A stretch of 64,000 bases of DNA from Epiperipatus broadwayi (lineage: Eukaryota > Animalia > Onychophora): contig JAQFVV010000009.1 in the NCBI GenBank assembly GCA_028023455.1, forward strand, positions 17,608,001-17,672,000, read 5' to 3'. This document shows positions 63,534 to 64,000 of this stretch, piece by piece. Made by a program: the position numbers and the translations under genes. The notes below the pieces were generated by a model, which was not told where the DNA came from, made no database searches, and worked only from the letters and a program-made list of their open reading frames with translations. Positions within the stretch are counted from its first letter, which is position 1, and each line of letters begins with the position of its first letter.

Positions 63534-64000
63534 GTCTAGATTATTTAAATTAAAAATTGCATTAAATGCCATTTGATATCTTACTATTGAAATTTGTTCT
63601 TGAGAAGTTGAATTTTAAACATTCTTGTTTACATCTAAGGATAGTTAGATACACATTTATAAAACAATGTAGGATAGTTAGCTAGATTGAGTAGGGTCAA
63701 TTAGATTGACAGAAAATTCCTAAACCTCTTGAAAAAATTTTCATTTGGCCTAAATTTGAACCCCAAGTTATAGGCATGGTAAACAAATGTAATATATCTT
63801 CACCACAACACCTTTCTTAATAATTTTAAAAGAAATGTTTTTTAAGGCTTGTGTCAGATAACAAAATTGATTGGTTTTACCCTATGCCATTAGGCCAAAG
63901 TCTATAAGTAAATATAAAGTAAAAGATAATAAAAAAAAAAAGATTATTATTGAGGAAATCTTAGTGCTTATAGAAATTTTATAATTATTTTATAACAACT

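Overview
Very AT-rich animal DNA, probably arthropod (inferred only). It is essentially a nested transposon graveyard, and no host protein-coding exon could be supported. It holds five decayed Ty3/Gypsy elements of Mag/K02A2.6-like type (1-1580, 3893-9449, 25259-32621, 47487-54239, 57039-60534) and one long-LTR, pol-deleted LTR element (33301-~43290). DNA transposons are a split ZMYM1-type hAT transposase remnant, a Merlin element, three hAT MITEs and a pogo/Tigger-like MITE. There are also three tRNA-Gly-derived SINE copies and a Penelope-like (PLE) GIY-YIG remnant. Two things stand out. (1) At least four unrelated families of small retroposed elements carry minimal type I hammerhead ribozymes with palindromic stem III. 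Several are fold-back insertions with 13-17 bp TSDs, and in one the inverted arm starts at the predicted self-cleavage site (19273-19654). (2) One Gypsy element carries about 60 nt of mature, CCA-ended tRNA-Ser(UGA) copied at its primer-binding site (31077-31136), joined directly to the gag/protease linker with the 5' UTR and gag missing. Old elements show systematic CpG to TpG/CpA decay, which implies TE methylation. All family assignments are from motif recognition by eye; no database search was run.
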